A DNA stretch of 64,000 nt from an uncultured Nitrososphaerales archaeon (GTDB taxonomy: Archaea > Thermoproteota > Nitrososphaeria > Nitrososphaerales > Nitrososphaeraceae): assembly GCA_963709405.1 (NCBI GenBank), contig CAVPXM010000030.1, positions 1 through 64,000 of the forward strand. Direction: 5' to 3'. Under the pieces are notes generated by a model that was not told where the DNA came from, did no database searches, and saw only the letters and a list, made by a program, of their open reading frames with translations. The translations under genes were made by a program, and so were the position numbers. Shown here piece by piece: positions 1-13,030 of this stretch; the stretch's first letter is position 1; each line of letters opens with the position of its first letter.

Positions 1-66
1 GCGTTCCTCTTTGGTAAGAAAACTTCGCGTGCTACGTGAACTTGTTCCACAACAACCATATGTCAC
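1..66 (-). CDS. N-terminus of a small Cys-Cys-containing protein (DUF5320-like), runs off the window edge
   Basis: Not in ORF track. Manual minus-strand translation from GTG at 66 gives MTYGCCGTSSRSTRSFLTKEER; GGAGGTGA Shine-Dalgarno 8 nt upstream; divergent from a PadR gene. Confidence 0.55.
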   Translation of the reverse strand, partial: MTYGCCGTSSRSTRSFLTKEER

Positions 67-98
67 TTCATGATTCACCTCCTATTTTGTTTCTGTGC

Positions 99-116
99 AT
101 ATCGGATATACGATAT
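99..116. promoter_or_regulatory. Candidate PadR operator, inverted repeat ATATCG-N6-CGATAT
   Basis: Perfect 6-bp inverted repeat between divergent genes; a further ATATCGGATA half-site near 139-148. Confidence 0.4.
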
Positions 117-168
117 ATCGTAATGGGCGTATTTATATATATCGGATACCCAATACACTGTATAAGGG

Positions 169-480
169 ATGCCAAGGAGAGAAATAGCAGGCTACTGTTG
201 TGACATGCGAGGCATGTTGGGATTTCTAATTCTTTTCCTTCTATCAAAAAAACCCATGCATGGACAGGAGATTGCTGAAGAGATTGCAAAAAGAAAAGGA
301 GAAAGACCTAGTCCAGGCACAATCTATCCTGCATTAAAGAGTCTTCGAGAAATGGGATTTATTATTGACGAGAAGAATGATGGTAAGATAATAGTTTACA
401 GCTTGACGCAGACGGGAAAAAATGCGCTGATGATCGCAAAAAGGCGATTTGTAAAAACCTTCCTTGGAGTATATCCTTAA
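169..480 (+). CDS. PadR-family transcriptional regulator
   Basis: KKPMHGQEI...PSPGTIYPALKSL...YSLT PadR winged-helix signature. Confidence 0.9.
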   Translation: MPRREIAGYCCDMRGMLGFLILFLLSKKPMHGQEIAEEIAKRKGERPSPGTIYPALKSLREMGFIIDEKNDGKIIVYSLTQTGKNALMIAKRRFVKTFLGVYP

Positions 481-1121
481 GATTAGACTATGAAAATGAC
501 TAGAACTCAATGGTTATTGATGTGCACATCCTTTCATTTCTCCTCTTAGTCTATGGAATTACAGATCCGCCACGTTTGCTGATTGGATCTTGTCAACCCT
601 AACATGACCTGGAAGTAATCTATTTCCATCATATCAACGTCTGCCTAGTATTTACATGACCTGACAAGATCCCGAGTCGAAATAATTATCTATATTGTAC
701 CATCCTGCGATTCCCAGTAGTAATCCATTCACAAACTTCTCCATTTTCACTTGTTCAATTGAATAATTACCATATACCATTTCAAACACATTTCAAACAC
801 TATCATTGTGAGTTACTCAAAATCTTCAACTAGATTCGAATGCATCTACTGAACTATGAACTGACACTCTTGAGATATAGAATTATGAACGGTCTCACAA
901 GACTTGTGTACATAATACGCGATTCGAATTCGAATAAGATAAATTAGACATTTGAAAGATTCGGTGTATGAATTGGAACATATATTACAACAAAACTATC
1001 ATAATAATATATGTTTTATATCTAATAATATAGATTTGCTATTATTACAATATTTGCTAGACAAAATACAATAATACTTAGTTAAAGTATAGATATTATG
1101 AATCAGTAACCAGTAGTTAAA

Positions 1122-1718
1122 ATGGTGATGTCCAAAGGCGCGTCATACGGAGCGATAGCGGGTTTTATTGCTACTTGGTCTATATCTACTACGATAGCTG
1201 TATCTGAATTGGAAATAGGGTTGCCTATGACTACGTTTTATTCTATTATTGGAATAGCTTTAGGTCTGAATAATTTTACATTAGCGGCATCTGCTGGTTT
1301 TGGTCTTCACATTTTGACTGGGACACTACTTAGAGCAATAGTTGGAGCATTTGCTACCAGATGGAAGCGAGTTAAGATAATTATTCCACAACAAGGTATG
1401 TTTATCGGAATAGTGGCAGGCGTTCTTATATGGCTAGCATTGTTCCTTCCGATAACCGCTTTAGTAATTCAACCTTCTATTCCTCATATTGTTACCTTAT
1501 TAGTTGGAGCTGAAACTAACCACATGGTGTTGTCTGACGATATATATCAATCTACAAGAGGTATTGCAATTAGTGCAATACTCTTTCACATAATATGGGG
1601 AGCAATATCTGGATTTGCCATAAGTTCACTTCTACGAATTCGAGCATACAGAAATAAAACCTGGACAAGCATGTTGGATGAAAGTAAGAAACCTATATAC
1701 CTGTTATTCCAATATTAA
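1122..1718 (+). CDS. Multi-pass membrane protein, unknown function
   Basis: 198-aa ORF with about 4-5 hydrophobic segments and intramembrane His (LHILTG, FHIIWG). Confidence 0.7.
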   Translation: MVMSKGASYGAIAGFIATWSISTTIAVSELEIGLPMTTFYSIIGIALGLNNFTLAASAGFGLHILTGTLLRAIVGAFATRWKRVKIIIPQQGMFIGIVAGVLIWLALFLPITALVIQPSIPHIVTLLVGAETNHMVLSDDIYQSTRGIAISAILFHIIWGAISGFAISSLLRIRAYRNKTWTSMLDESKKPIYLLFQY

Positions 1719-1915
1719 AAATATATCAATAGAGGACAATGTTGTAGTTTTGATTATTTGCAATAATAATTCGCTATAACAACCAATATTGAATTGATAA
1801 TGTCTCTATAGTACAATATTTGATTCAAACAGTGATTCTGATAAACGATTGACTGATTAATTTTACAATCCGGGAAAGTTATAATTAATCCTCAGTAGTA
1901 AGAACACAATTAATT

Positions 1916-3083
1916 GAGGCTTGGGCATATTCCAGATCCATATTTTATGTCTATAATGAATTAGGATAAAGCTATCCTTTGAGTGTCTGAATTTGTGATG
2001 AAACATAATCAAACATTCCCAAAGGATAGCATATGGTAGTAAATGTGAATCTATTCTTTTTAGTATTCTGTACTTGATAGGTTCGATACCGTGGTCAGAA
2101 TCGCAAAAGGGAAGAAGGGGCAGACCATATGTTTATTCTCCCACTGTAATTCTGAGATGTTTCATAGTTAGGCTATGGTTTAGACTGGATTCTAACAATG
2201 CATTACATGAATTCCTAGAATTGGATTATCCTTACAATAAGAAGATAATGAAAAGATGTGGTCTTACCCAAATACCAGACAGGCGAACATTTGACAGACG
2301 ACTTAAGACCATATCCACAGACATCAAAAAAGGATTACTATCATGACCTGCATGTTTGTATGCGAAAAGATGATAGATCCATACATTGTTGCAATAGATA
2401 ACTGTACTTACTGAAAGCCAAAGGACATGTTTGGCACAAATCATCTATGAACAAAGGTATAGTACCATGTTCTGGCATAGATACTGACGCAAGATGGGGA
2501 TTCAGCCATACTAAAGGATGGATATTTGGTTACAAACTACATATGATATCAAGTCCCTGGTTCCGTCATAGTCCCATTAAGCAGATTTTACAACTGCTAA
2601 TGTCCAGTAATCAAATGTACAATCCGATGATATCATCATCATCATCTCTGTCTCCAGAAACATGTTTCATGATAGGCGATTCTGGGTATGACGACCATAA
2701 ACTATATGGCTTGAGTACTAAAAGAGGATTTGAACTGGTATGTCCAGTACAAGGATATGAACATACCCCTACTGACAGACTTGAGCTGATACAATTCTAT
2801 GAATCTGAGTTAGGACAGGCTATTTACTCTTGGAGAAGTAAATCGATAGAACCACTAATAGAACATATTAAATCTGTTTTTAGAATAGACCCATTACCAG
2901 TAAGAGGCTACCAGAAGGCTACCTGGAATGGTGCTCTGTCAGTCCTGTTCTGTCGAATCCTTGTCTACTACAATTATAAAACCAGACGTCGTAACGGCCA
3001 AAATCAATCAAACACATGTTATGTAGTTAATATGTTACTAAATAATATATGAAAAACATACAATTCAATTATGTCCAAGCCTC
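1916..3083 (+). mobile_element. Insertion sequence with frameshifted DDE transposase (DDE_Tnp_1-like; IS4/IS5/IS982 clan, family not resolved)
   Basis: Terminal inverted repeats GAGGCTTGGGCATA / TATGTCCAAGCCTC (13/14 match); AATTAATT on both flanks (1908-1915, 3084-3091); ORF pieces 2074-2346 and 2447-3052 with DARWG..GWIFGYKLH, GDSGYD, RSKSIEPL. Confidence 0.85.
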
Positions 3084-3094
3084 AATTAATTAGT

Positions 3095-3455
3095 ATGTAT
3101 AAGCAAGTTATTATTGTTCGCAAGGATTTCAGGAATGAGTTGTGGGTAAGATCAGGCAACAGCAAGTTGCACACGCTGCAATTATGGCAATGGAAAGGGC
3201 TAGTAAATACTGATATGCAGGGAGTGATAGATTGGAAAGGAGGAAGATGGACAGATTAAGGTTATATTAAAGGTAAATAGTTACAGTGAACTAAACGATT
3301 ATTTTATTAATATCATAAATGCAAATTTGCCTGTAGTAAAGATACATGACGCTGGCAGAACTCAGGTTAGAGCCTGATACTGTTACCTGTATAGGTATAG
3401 GACCAGTGCCATCTGAAAGGATAGACCCAATTGTAAAAGATCTCAACTGTTATAA
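3095..3455 (+). pseudogene. pth2: Peptidyl-tRNA hydrolase Pth2, multiply frameshifted
   Basis: Pieces MYKQVIIVRKD, QVAHAA, KVILKV, KIHDAGRTQV, VTCIGIGP across frames; several indels, possibly sequencing error. Confidence 0.75.
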
Positions 3456-5778
3456 TGATATATTACAGTTAGAGCAAATCGAGAATTTCGGATAGATACT
3501 TCCAGAGATCTATTTGCAGTTAATGAATTATTTACAAGCTAAGGTGACATATCCCTCTATTATATACAAAAGATATCATAAACTTTAGTGGAGAAATATT
3601 TTCATATTTTAAAATATCCTCCTTCGAATCTAGAATATTAATTCTTCTACTAGTAGACTAACATAATATAACATAGCATCGTCTGATCGAACAAACGAAC
3701 CCGAAAGACCTATTCATATTAACTTTAATAGCTATTTTCAAATATTTAGATTTGGGTTGTTATGTGATTTATTCTATTTTCTTTAGATAAAATCTCCTCC
3801 CTCTAACATTCTTTTATGTTTTATTTCGAGATCGTTCTCCAGCATTCCTTTTGATTAAATCAATCTTATCTTTTGAGACACCTTGTCCTACACATTCTTG
3901 TTCAACTACTAGTTCGAATTCGTGAAACACATCCAAGAAATCAATCAATCAATAATATGATTGTTCTTGGCATATTTGTCTATCCAATTTTGAAGAGTAA
4001 CTATAATCTTGGTTACTTGTTCTTCATGTTCAGAAACCGGAGAATGTTCTTTGCCCATTGTTTTATTTTCTCTTTAGTCCAAGTTAATTAATGTCTCTAT
4101 TATCTTTAATCTTTTGAGGGATTATTGTTAGAAATTATTAATGATTATGAACTAAAAGATCGCTCTTCAGGCTAAAGTAATGATGACTGAAAATCAAGAT
4201 GGTTCTGATGGAGTAATTAACCATGCTATAGGGGGTGAATAGTAGAGAAAATTGACTGTATAATATCTACTTTGTCAAAATTTAAAATTCAATGAATGAA
4301 CTGGAGGCTAAGATACCATTTTTGAAGATAGCCAAGTTATTGTTAACTCACATCATTTGCCAGAATTGATTAGGCTCCATTTAACGGACAGACAATTCAA
4401 CACACCACAAATTTTTGAAATATATTCATTTTGAATAAGTATCTATAAAAAGCAGATATTTATGTAAAATGATATGAAATATGCATTTGTGGAGAAACTG
4501 TTACTTTCGAAAATCCTTTTTTCCTATCGCTCATTAGTATTTTAAAGTAAGATGAGGGTTTTTGAGTGACGTATCATATAATAAGTAGAATTTGACCTCA
4601 CCATGTAGATGTTACCTTGACATGCTAGACTACAACATTTGGTTATGAATTCCCAAATTAATTTTCTTGGGATAGAAATAATCATTACATTGTTATTGGC
4701 TTAATTACAACACTAGGAGTGTTGAATAGGTAGATGAGATAATTGATAATATCTTGTTATTAGTTTAATAGAGTTAATCAGTTCATAGTTTTACGATGTT
4801 AAGGTTTAGAGAGGTTCTTGATAAACGGTCGATACACTTAGAAGAAAGCGATAATTGCTATTATGAGTATTATCATAATAGTTGGAACTAAAGAGGCAGT
4901 TATGATTTGTAACAAAAATCAATTCTTTTTCTTATATCAGTATTCGAGTTCTAATAACATTAATATTAATATCATTTCTTAACCATCATACCCACAACAG
5001 TGAATATCTATGTCCAAGTCGACCTCTGATCGCGTGAAGGTAATCGTACAGGTAATAGAAATTGCCGAGAAGTTACCAAGGATTTACCTATTATAGTATT
5101 TTCGTATGCAGGCCTGACCACTGTTTTTGCTGTTGTATGCTTACTTGAAAACTATGTAGTAGCAGGAATAGTCCTTTGCATATTCGCAGGGTTCGGTATA
5201 TATCTTGCAATAAGGCTCTCTCTGGTAAGAATAAGATGGAAACGGAGTGGCAAACACAGAAAAATACATAACTGAATATGGTGTGCTCATTAAACATTAG
5301 AGAATATAGCGTGTAAATTACAGGTAATTACATATGTGATTTCGTTTATAATGACCGTATTAAACTTTGACATATTGTTCGCCCCTATTAACTTAGCGGG
5401 ATTATTGGTAGACATCGGTAGCCATCTCATGCTTGGATTAGTAGCAATCTTTCCTACACAATTCCTTAAGTTAATACCACCTATTATTAATATCAAATGG
5501 ACATATTTATACTAAAAGTTAAGTAAAGTAAAGTAAAGTGAGGATATTTAACAAGAGGCGAATTGGATTTGCAATGTTGAATCGAGAGTGGGTTTGTTAG
5601 CCTGGCATGGACACCGTGGATTAATATTCGATTTTTCATCGTATTTTCATCTGTTTCCTCTTATTCCATTCATTCACAGTCATATATATGTCCTGTTTGA
5701 GATAAGAGTACTCAAAGACCTTATCTGCACTGTACATACATGCAACAAACAACCAAGTAATTTCATGTAACTATTTAT

Positions 5779-6174
5779 CTATAATCTTCTTAATTCATTT
5801 GCTAAACTTTTAATAGATTTGACAGCGTCCTTAAAAGCAATTATTATCTCCTTTAAATTTTGTTCCGACTTAGAATCTCTTTTATTTTTAACTGATAATG
5901 CCAAACTTTTAGTTTCATCCACAATACCAGTTTCGTTTACTCGTGTAGAGACGTTTCTGATCCTATCTCCAGCATGCTGCAATGCTTCAGAGGCAGTACA
6001 CATTCGTTCTAGATTATTAACCATTTGAGGATCCTCTATGGAATCAGTAATTTCTTGTCCTATTGATGCAATTTCTTTGATCTTACGAAGTGATTCTATC
6101 ATCCCTGGTGATCCGAATTCAGTGACAAGTCTCACACTATCTGAAGATATTTCTTTAATATCCTTAAGCCTCAT
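5779..6174 (-). CDS. Hypothetical helical protein
   Basis: 131-aa ORF with amphipathic, coiled-coil-like composition. Confidence 0.6.
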   Translation of the reverse strand: MRLKDIKEISSDSVRLVTEFGSPGMIESLRKIKEIASIGQEITDSIEDPQMVNNLERMCTASEALQHAGDRIRNVSTRVNETGIVDETKSLALSVKNKRDSKSEQNLKEIIIAFKDAVKSIKSLANELRRL

Positions 6175-6390
6175 CTCTGGTGTTCAATAATTATGCATGG
6201 AAATAATTAAAGTTATTTTAGATCACGTAACAAATCTATACATTTTGCTAGAAATCAATCGATACCACATAAGAAGCAAATCAACGAACCTTTATTTTTG
6301 CTTTTTTCGGCTACCGAATAATTCTAGACTCTTGTCCCACATATCCACAGTAGCGTTTTTCTTTAAAGTACCATATCATATACAAATGAT

Positions 6391-7556
6391 TTATAGTAAG
6401 TTGATTTCATCAGTGAGCACTGCTTTCCGAATCATCTGGATGGAGTTGAAGAATCTTGTTTCACAGCATCGCTTCCTACTTCTACCATTTGTTTTACCAC
6501 CTCGCCTACTTGAACGCTCGCTTGCTAACAATATTTTCTTTTTCTTCTCCTTTTTCACTCTCATTTTCTTGTTGGTTCGATTCAGAATTCTCCCATTCTG
6601 CCTTCGTCTTTTGATGGATCCCATATGGTAGTAGCTTGTATTCACCATGGTTCGCTCAATATACCATCCAAAACATGCTTTATCTTGGCCATACTCTTCC
6701 TCGAACCATTTGGGAACCAACATGTCTGCTATCCATGCCCCAGTATTTACTACGTTATTCTGAATATCATTGTAAGGTCTATGAGTATGCCCAAAAATCA
6801 GAATATCATTCAGGTGCATCCCTAATAGTGGATACCTAGCTTTTGACTTGGCAAATTTATCTATTGCATCCATACCTTTTCGTTGTTCTGCCGGCTGCCA
6901 GGAAATCAGTAATTTGAGGCTGTCCCTGCCTGAATATTCTATGAAACATTTCATGTAGATAACTTGCGATATTTCCTTCCGTGTCATTCATTCTACACAG
7001 TTAATCTGAAATTTTATCGTATCGGAGAGTTTAAGATATGTTAGCTTCGAGATCACTTCAAGCTCATGTCCATGAACAAGAAGAAGCTTTTGTCGTCACT
7101 TTTAATCCTAAAGTATTTGCCAATATTATAGCAGTTAAAATCAGGATAATTTTGTGCTGCATCTAGGGTAATATGATCGTGATTACCAGGAAGATAATAT
7201 ACGTCTTTGAACTGGTTAATCAAGGACAGAACCTCGTCAGATTCTTTTGAATATATAGTATCGTGCTTTCTCCAAAAATCCCAAAGGTCGCCAAGGATAA
7301 ATATCGAACGGTCTTTTGAAGTTCCGTTTGCAATATTGGTGGTAAGAAAATCTAGAAATGCTGTTACATTAGACTTTTCATACCCGAGATGCACATCAGA
7401 TACTATTATAGCTTTATCTATATCAATAATGGTTGAATAATTCTTCTCAATGAAATTCGTTTTACCATAATTTAAATTGTCTATTTTCTTGCGAATCGGT
7501 TGATCATTGGTAGCAGTACTCTTACTCATAAAGTGGTCACTTTCCTTAGGATTCAT
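6391..7556 (-). pseudogene. Calcineurin-like metallophosphoesterase (LpxH-like), split by frameshifts
   Basis: Motifs SDVHLG, GDLWD, PGNHD in 7053-7556; HGHE across the frameshift near 7065; GHTH and NTGAW in 6391-6987. Confidence 0.8.
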
Positions 7557-8223
7557 AGAACTAAGTTACTTATAACGCTTATAACAAGTAGCCTGTTCTC
7601 TGACCATCGATCCTCTAAAACCCTTAACATTGTAATTTGCTAGTGATATCTCTAAGGATATTGCGTGCGACTAACCAACCAACAAGACCAATGACCAGTA
7701 ACTCGGATTAGATCATGCTATGCCAGGTTAGACTAAATTGATAGATGAAATTCCTGTAGCCAAACTAAATGTAGAAACGATCACTCTAGGATCAGGATCT
7801 GGAGACTTGCATTACAAGATAAATCAATAGCCGCTCCACGGATTTTGCTTAAGGAATTTACGCACGTTATATCACAAGATACTCACAAGCCAAATCAGAT
7901 GGGATGGACATAACATGCTGCGGTCAGGAATTATGGTATTTTTGGATCCACCTAATTCTAATACGATCTTTTACCACATTAAAGTAACGCCGATAGGTAC
8001 TCTCACTTCTGCTGCTAGTGTTTACTTCGTAGATATTACATATAATCTCGATATAGTCAATTAAGCATAATCATATTTACACACATTCATAGAATTCATC
8101 TTCTTCGTATGAGGAAATTTATTCCTTAATATTGTCCACTTAAGGAGCTTGACAAACGAACATCGCGCATAAATGATGCGATACATGCAGAGCTGTAGCT
8201 ACTCCAACATTGGAATTAATCAT

Positions 8224-8490
8224 TTATACTTCTGAGTCGTTTGGCATCCCAGTAACATACAAACCAGCATGAGCTTCTTGTTCTAGATGTTGTATTCTAT
8301 CTTTGTTTGTATCAAATCGTACCCCACATACAAAGCATTGGAAATCAGAAGGTATTTTTGGATAGTCTTCGTTTGTAATTCTTCTCATATTCTGATTGTT
8401 GTTCTCGCCTCCTCTTTCATTTTCATCTGAAAGACTACGTCTCATTCCTATACATCCTATCATTTGGTGTACAAGTTGGCGAATTTTCAT
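8224..8490 (-). CDS. Small C2H2 zinc-finger protein
   Basis: FQCFVCGVRFDTNKDRIQHLEQEAH; true start probably downstream of the ORF-track start. Confidence 0.75.
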   Translation of the reverse strand: MKIRQLVHQMIGCIGMRRSLSDENERGGENNNQNMRRITNEDYPKIPSDFQCFVCGVRFDTNKDRIQHLEQEAHAGLYVTGMPNDSEV

Positions 8491-9439
8491 TGCTTCTAAT
8501 CAATAATAGGAGCAGGTATTATAAAAAAATATATATTTTAATAGAAAATTGCGCTTTAGATATCAGTTTCATACGACTAAACTCTTATAATATGATTTTA
8601 AGCACTTTTAAACTGAAAATATGTAATTTCTTAAGATGAGTTTCTGAAGCTTACTGCATCCCTTTGGTGAGCTATTGCTCAATATTTGCAAAAACGCTCA
8701 ATTTCTGATATATTATTAAAAATCTTGATCCACAATAAAGTTTTTGCACGGCATTCTGAAATGAGTCAACCAGAAAAGGATATTAGATTCAAATTTATAT
8801 TCGGAATAGTTATCCTTAATCCAAAATTTGAATATAATGAATTGTTTTAGAACTGACTTGTGAGATGGGCTAATGATGATCACTATTGATTTGCATCACA
8901 ATTTTAGGTAGAGGCTATTAATGAGATGACAAAAAAGATAATCCACAAGACAACGCTTATTCAGTTTGTTTTTGCTGCAATCCTTAATTGAATTCATCCT
9001 TGATCACATGCAGACAGTCAATGCCGCTATTGTTATAGAGGCCGTACCATGATTATTGAAATTCATATAGCTAAGCAAACTTCTGGTCGAGGAAAATCAA
9101 ATCCTAATTGGGCAAGTCAATTTACTTCTATTTTTCTTTTCATTCATTTGTTAATCCCAGAATTTAGTCTAATTACAACTTACATCGATTAAATCACTTT
9201 GTGCGAAAATTCCAAATTAGTGGGCCTTCATATAAAACTAACATTAGGCATTTCCGATTAGAGCCATCAGATTGAATATACTACATTTTACTACAGTAGT
9301 AACTGGACTGTGGCACACAAACTTCTATCAGAACAAATATCAGATATCTTATTTGTAGTTAGCTTTTGGAATCGATATTGATTTATTTATGGTAAAAGCG
9401 TGCGATACCGTTTAGAGGAACCGACATAATCCATGCTAG

Positions 9440-10017
9440 TACTTCTCAGGCCTATCACTTCGAAAAACATCACAAAGGCTATCTCAATTTATCAAAAGAA
9501 ACCATGTTTCCATTTGGAACTGGATCCAGCGTTACAAGCCGAAAAAGATATTGCAAATGAGATGCAAACTATCTGAATTTATCATAGATGAAACATTGAT
9601 TAAAGTAGGTAGTGACTATGTATGATGGTTACGGGTTGCTATTGAACCAACTGATAGGACTATACTTGGTATTCGCATCTCCATTGAAAGGAACATGCTT
9701 GTAGCTGAACAGTTTATACAATCTTTGATTAGAAGATATGGAAAGCACAATATTTCAACAGATGGTGGTACAAGGTATCCACAAGCATGTAGTTTCCTGA
9801 ATGTTGAACATCATAATCATTCCTCGATTGAAGAAAGCTTCATAGAAAGGACAATACAGTACATAATAAAAGATAGAACCGAATGTTTTGATGATTATTT
9901 CCCTTGTAGGAAAGATAATAATGATTGTAAGCTAAAGCATGTCATGAATTGGTTGGGTTTATTTGTAGATATGCACAACAGAGAAATTACGGAAAAGATT
10001 GTTAAGTGAACAGAGCC
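9440..10017 (+). mobile_element. IS6-family remnant (5'-truncated, frameshifted transposase)
   Basis: YFSGLSLR, IIDETLIKVG, STDGG.RYPQAC, IERTIQY..KDRTECFDDYFPC; right end GTTAAGTGAACAGAGCC resembles the termini of the IS6 at 20911; left terminus not found. Confidence 0.8.
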
Positions 10018-10406
10018 ATAATTTCTATACAATGCGTTTAACTAACGATTCTATTTAGATAATTTTGAGGGAGGTAACTATGGACAACCGATCTATTGTA
10101 CAAATCTGTAATTCTTTTCAAATTTGGGGTGTAGCTGCTCATTTCATTGAACTAACCAAACCAATTTATCGTGTGCTATCCACAAGTACTATCATTGTAT
10201 TTAGATTTCAATCTAAATCTAATAACAGCTTGCCACGACAAATAACTCGATACTAATTAACGTATTCTATATATTCTATATAGTAGTATATAGTGCTATT
10301 AGATATATATAGGTAGTTTGTTGATACTTAGATATGATAGATTCATCTACAGAAAAAATATTTCCAAAAGATAATAACGTAAAGATAGAGCAAACAAGGA
10401 GCCAAA

Positions 10407-10757
10407 ATGATGATAAGATGGTTCAAAAGTCACTTACAAATGAAACTGGACTTACGATTATTCAATTATCCCGACAGATTAAGGAATCTTGACAAGAAAA
10501 ACACAAGAATAGAAGAACTACTTTCATCTATCAAGAAAGACATTAAGAATGTAGTACTGGCCATAAAGGACAGTCAACAACTCGCATCAGACGGAGCAAC
10601 TAGAATGAAGGAATTTCACGATCAGATAGCTCAATTACAAATGCAAACACAAAAAATTGAACAGGTTATTAATGACGACTCTGTGTCTAAAAAATCAAAG
10701 AAAGTTAAGAAAGATAAGAAGAGGAATAAGAAGCAGAGTAATAAGAGAAAAGGATAA
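10407..10757 (+). CDS. Coiled-coil protein with Lys-rich tail
   Basis: Heptad-like region followed by KKSKKVKKDKKRNKK; true start may be near 10335 with a frameshift. Confidence 0.55.
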   Translation: MMIRWFKSHLQMKLDLRLFNYPDRLRNLDKKNTRIEELLSSIKKDIKNVVLAIKDSQQLASDGATRMKEFHDQIAQLQMQTQKIEQVINDDSVSKKSKKVKKDKKRNKKQSNKRKG

Positions 10758-10848
10758 GAAAAGCAAGAAGAAAGCAAAAAGTATGAAGAAAAAACAGAAG
10801 TAATCGTCAGTATATACACGAAAGAGATATGCGGAGTCGTAATTCTGA

Positions 10849-11136
10849 TTGGAATTATATTTATTAAGACACGGTGAGTCAAGCAAAAATTGCTGGTTTG
10901 AGCCGGCATTTAAAGTCAGTAATGGAAATTCAGGCCTTACAGAAAATGGGAGAAAGGAAATTACCAGAATTGCAAAATCAATAAAGAGATTCAATACTAC
11001 TTTTGATGTCATCCTAACAAGCCCTCTCAATTCTGCGATGCAAACTGCAAAGATAATTTCCAATACCTTCAAAATGAAAAATAAAATAGTGATTTGTGAA
11101 GAATTAGTTCCGGAAGGTAATAAACTAAAATTGTAA
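10849..11136 (+). pseudogene. sixA: SixA-like histidine phosphatase, C-terminally truncated
   Basis: MELYLLRHG catalytic motif, LTENGR, ILTSPL..AMQTA; only 95 aa. Confidence 0.75.
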
Positions 11137-12295
11137 CAAGAGGCGGCACGAGTTTACATCAGAATCGTCCTTTAAATGTATATTAAATTAAAATTGCCTA
11201 GGCAATAGCATATGCTATGATGAACAAACGTCGTCAGTCGTATAGTGTAGGACATTCTATGATGATTAATTCACCTTCCACACCGCGTTATTTATTATTT
11301 AATTATCATTGATAACTAACTACTTTCATTTTAGCAGCAAGTAAAATTTTGTTAACATCGACAACATAAAGCCTAATCCTTAGCGATTTTATTAACCCCG
11401 TATCACTGGGTTTATACATCATAGAAAAATTTTAATTTAATATACAACAAAACAACTCATGGCAAACACAGAATAATAACAATAATTGTTATTCCTGCTC
11501 TCCCTCTATGAATTTAGAACAATCACATTCCAAACAAAATACAGCTGGCGTGATTTTACCCGTCTTTACACTCCTAATCGACGTAAACATATGATAGAGT
11601 TTCGTATGTTGCATCTACAAAATGTTGCCTCACTCATTTTGATCCATTCCACTTTATTTGAGATTTGTATATAGTTATATACGATGTTGACCACATGTTA
11701 TTAAGCTATGGTTACATTAATAAAGAAACCAACATTCCATAATATAGATATAGATGATTTCATTCCTGGAAGCCCAGCCATGAATGACTATGAGGATGGA
11801 AGGGTGCTAGTAGACTTCTTCTCTAGACATAACACTTTAGAAGAATACATGAAGCTTTTGAATGAAACCTTCAAAAAGTAATGATAATAGCATCAATTGT
11901 GGCTATTATATACAACTGCATTGTAATATAGATACTATTCTTTAGAATACCATATACTAACCACGACCGTATTTTTGTTACGACTTGATTAAGCAAGAGA
12001 TGGGAAATGCCATCACAACACACACGAAGATCATGGTCCTAGGTAGAACAATAGCTCTTGTTGGTACTGCATTAGGAACAATAGATGAGCCAGATAACAT
12101 CTGCAACTAGTGGGTAAAACATTTTGATCCCTTAGTAGGATTTCCAAGATTAAAGACAAAATTGCTCATGATAAAACTTGAGAAGTGATTTCCATTTATC
12201 AAAGTAGATGATCAATATTGAATCAATCGCATTCTTGTGAAAAACTTTGATTAGTACGCTAATATTGATTTAAATAATTTCTAGGACATTTGAAT

Positions 12296-13030
12296 TCATC
12301 TTTTGATTGTATTCGTCCATGCTTTCACAAACTCGGTGTATGTATTGATCCATACTGCAACATAATCTTGCCATAATTTTACTAAAGGAATTGACGGGTC
12401 ATTATCATTACTAATTAAGTTAGACTGGTATTCTTTTTCATTCTCGCCATCATAGGATCTTATTGCATCACCTAAATGATTCTGTTTTTCCGATTCCTCA
12501 CTAACCTGAGCAATATCTAATTTCACGATTTCCTGTCGTCCTAGACCATCCTCTTTTAGTTCTGTACCACTACGATCTCTTTCTTCTAGCATAGGATTTG
12601 CTATCGTTGGAAAGCTAGTAGTAGTGCTTGTGTTTAGACTGTCTTCAGGATCAGTTTTAACGTTACTGTTGATACTAATCGTCGCAGGATCTAATCGCTG
12701 TTTCTCTTCCAACTTTGATAATACTTTGCTTGCATTATCTGGTCCCACATCTGCAGCTTCTTTCATTTCTGACATGGCGCTATATCTATACGAATCAAAT
12801 ACTTCTGGTTGTAGTCTTGTGCCAGACGTCAATGATATTGAGTGTTTTTCTTCTTTTTGATCAATCGTTTCAGAATTCGCTTTTCTATCTCTTTTTTGTT
12901 CTTCGTTCATATCTTTATTTCTACTCTTATTGTAGGTTTGATTATCATCATTGGGCCTTTGATAGTTTTTAGTAGTTTTTTTGATCCGATTTTTAGCTGG
13001 ACCTGTTCGTTTACTTCTCATGTTATCCAT
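12296..13030 (-). CDS. Hydrophilic, probably disordered hypothetical protein
   Basis: 244-aa ORF, charged/polar, with a C-terminal amphipathic Trp-rich helix. Confidence 0.65.
   Translation of the reverse strand: MDNMRSKRTGPAKNRIKKTTKNYQRPNDDNQTYNKSRNKDMNEEQKRDRKANSETIDQKEEKHSISLTSGTRLQPEVFDSYRYSAMSEMKEAADVGPDNASKVLSKLEEKQRLDPATISINSNVKTDPEDSLNTSTTTSFPTIANPMLEERDRSGTELKEDGLGRQEIVKLDIAQVSEESEKQNHLGDAIRSYDGENEKEYQSNLISNDNDPSIPLVKLWQDYVAVWINTYTEFVKAWTNTIKR

Noticed and set aside
3389-3401. Self-match of spacer 4 (TAGGTATAGG) inside pth2
   Set aside because: Only about 10 nt of low-complexity identity; expected by chance.
5520-5539. (AAAGT)4 and similar short repeats (43840, 15181)
   Set aside because: Ordinary microsatellites in AT-rich intergenic DNA with no evident link to a phase-variable gene.
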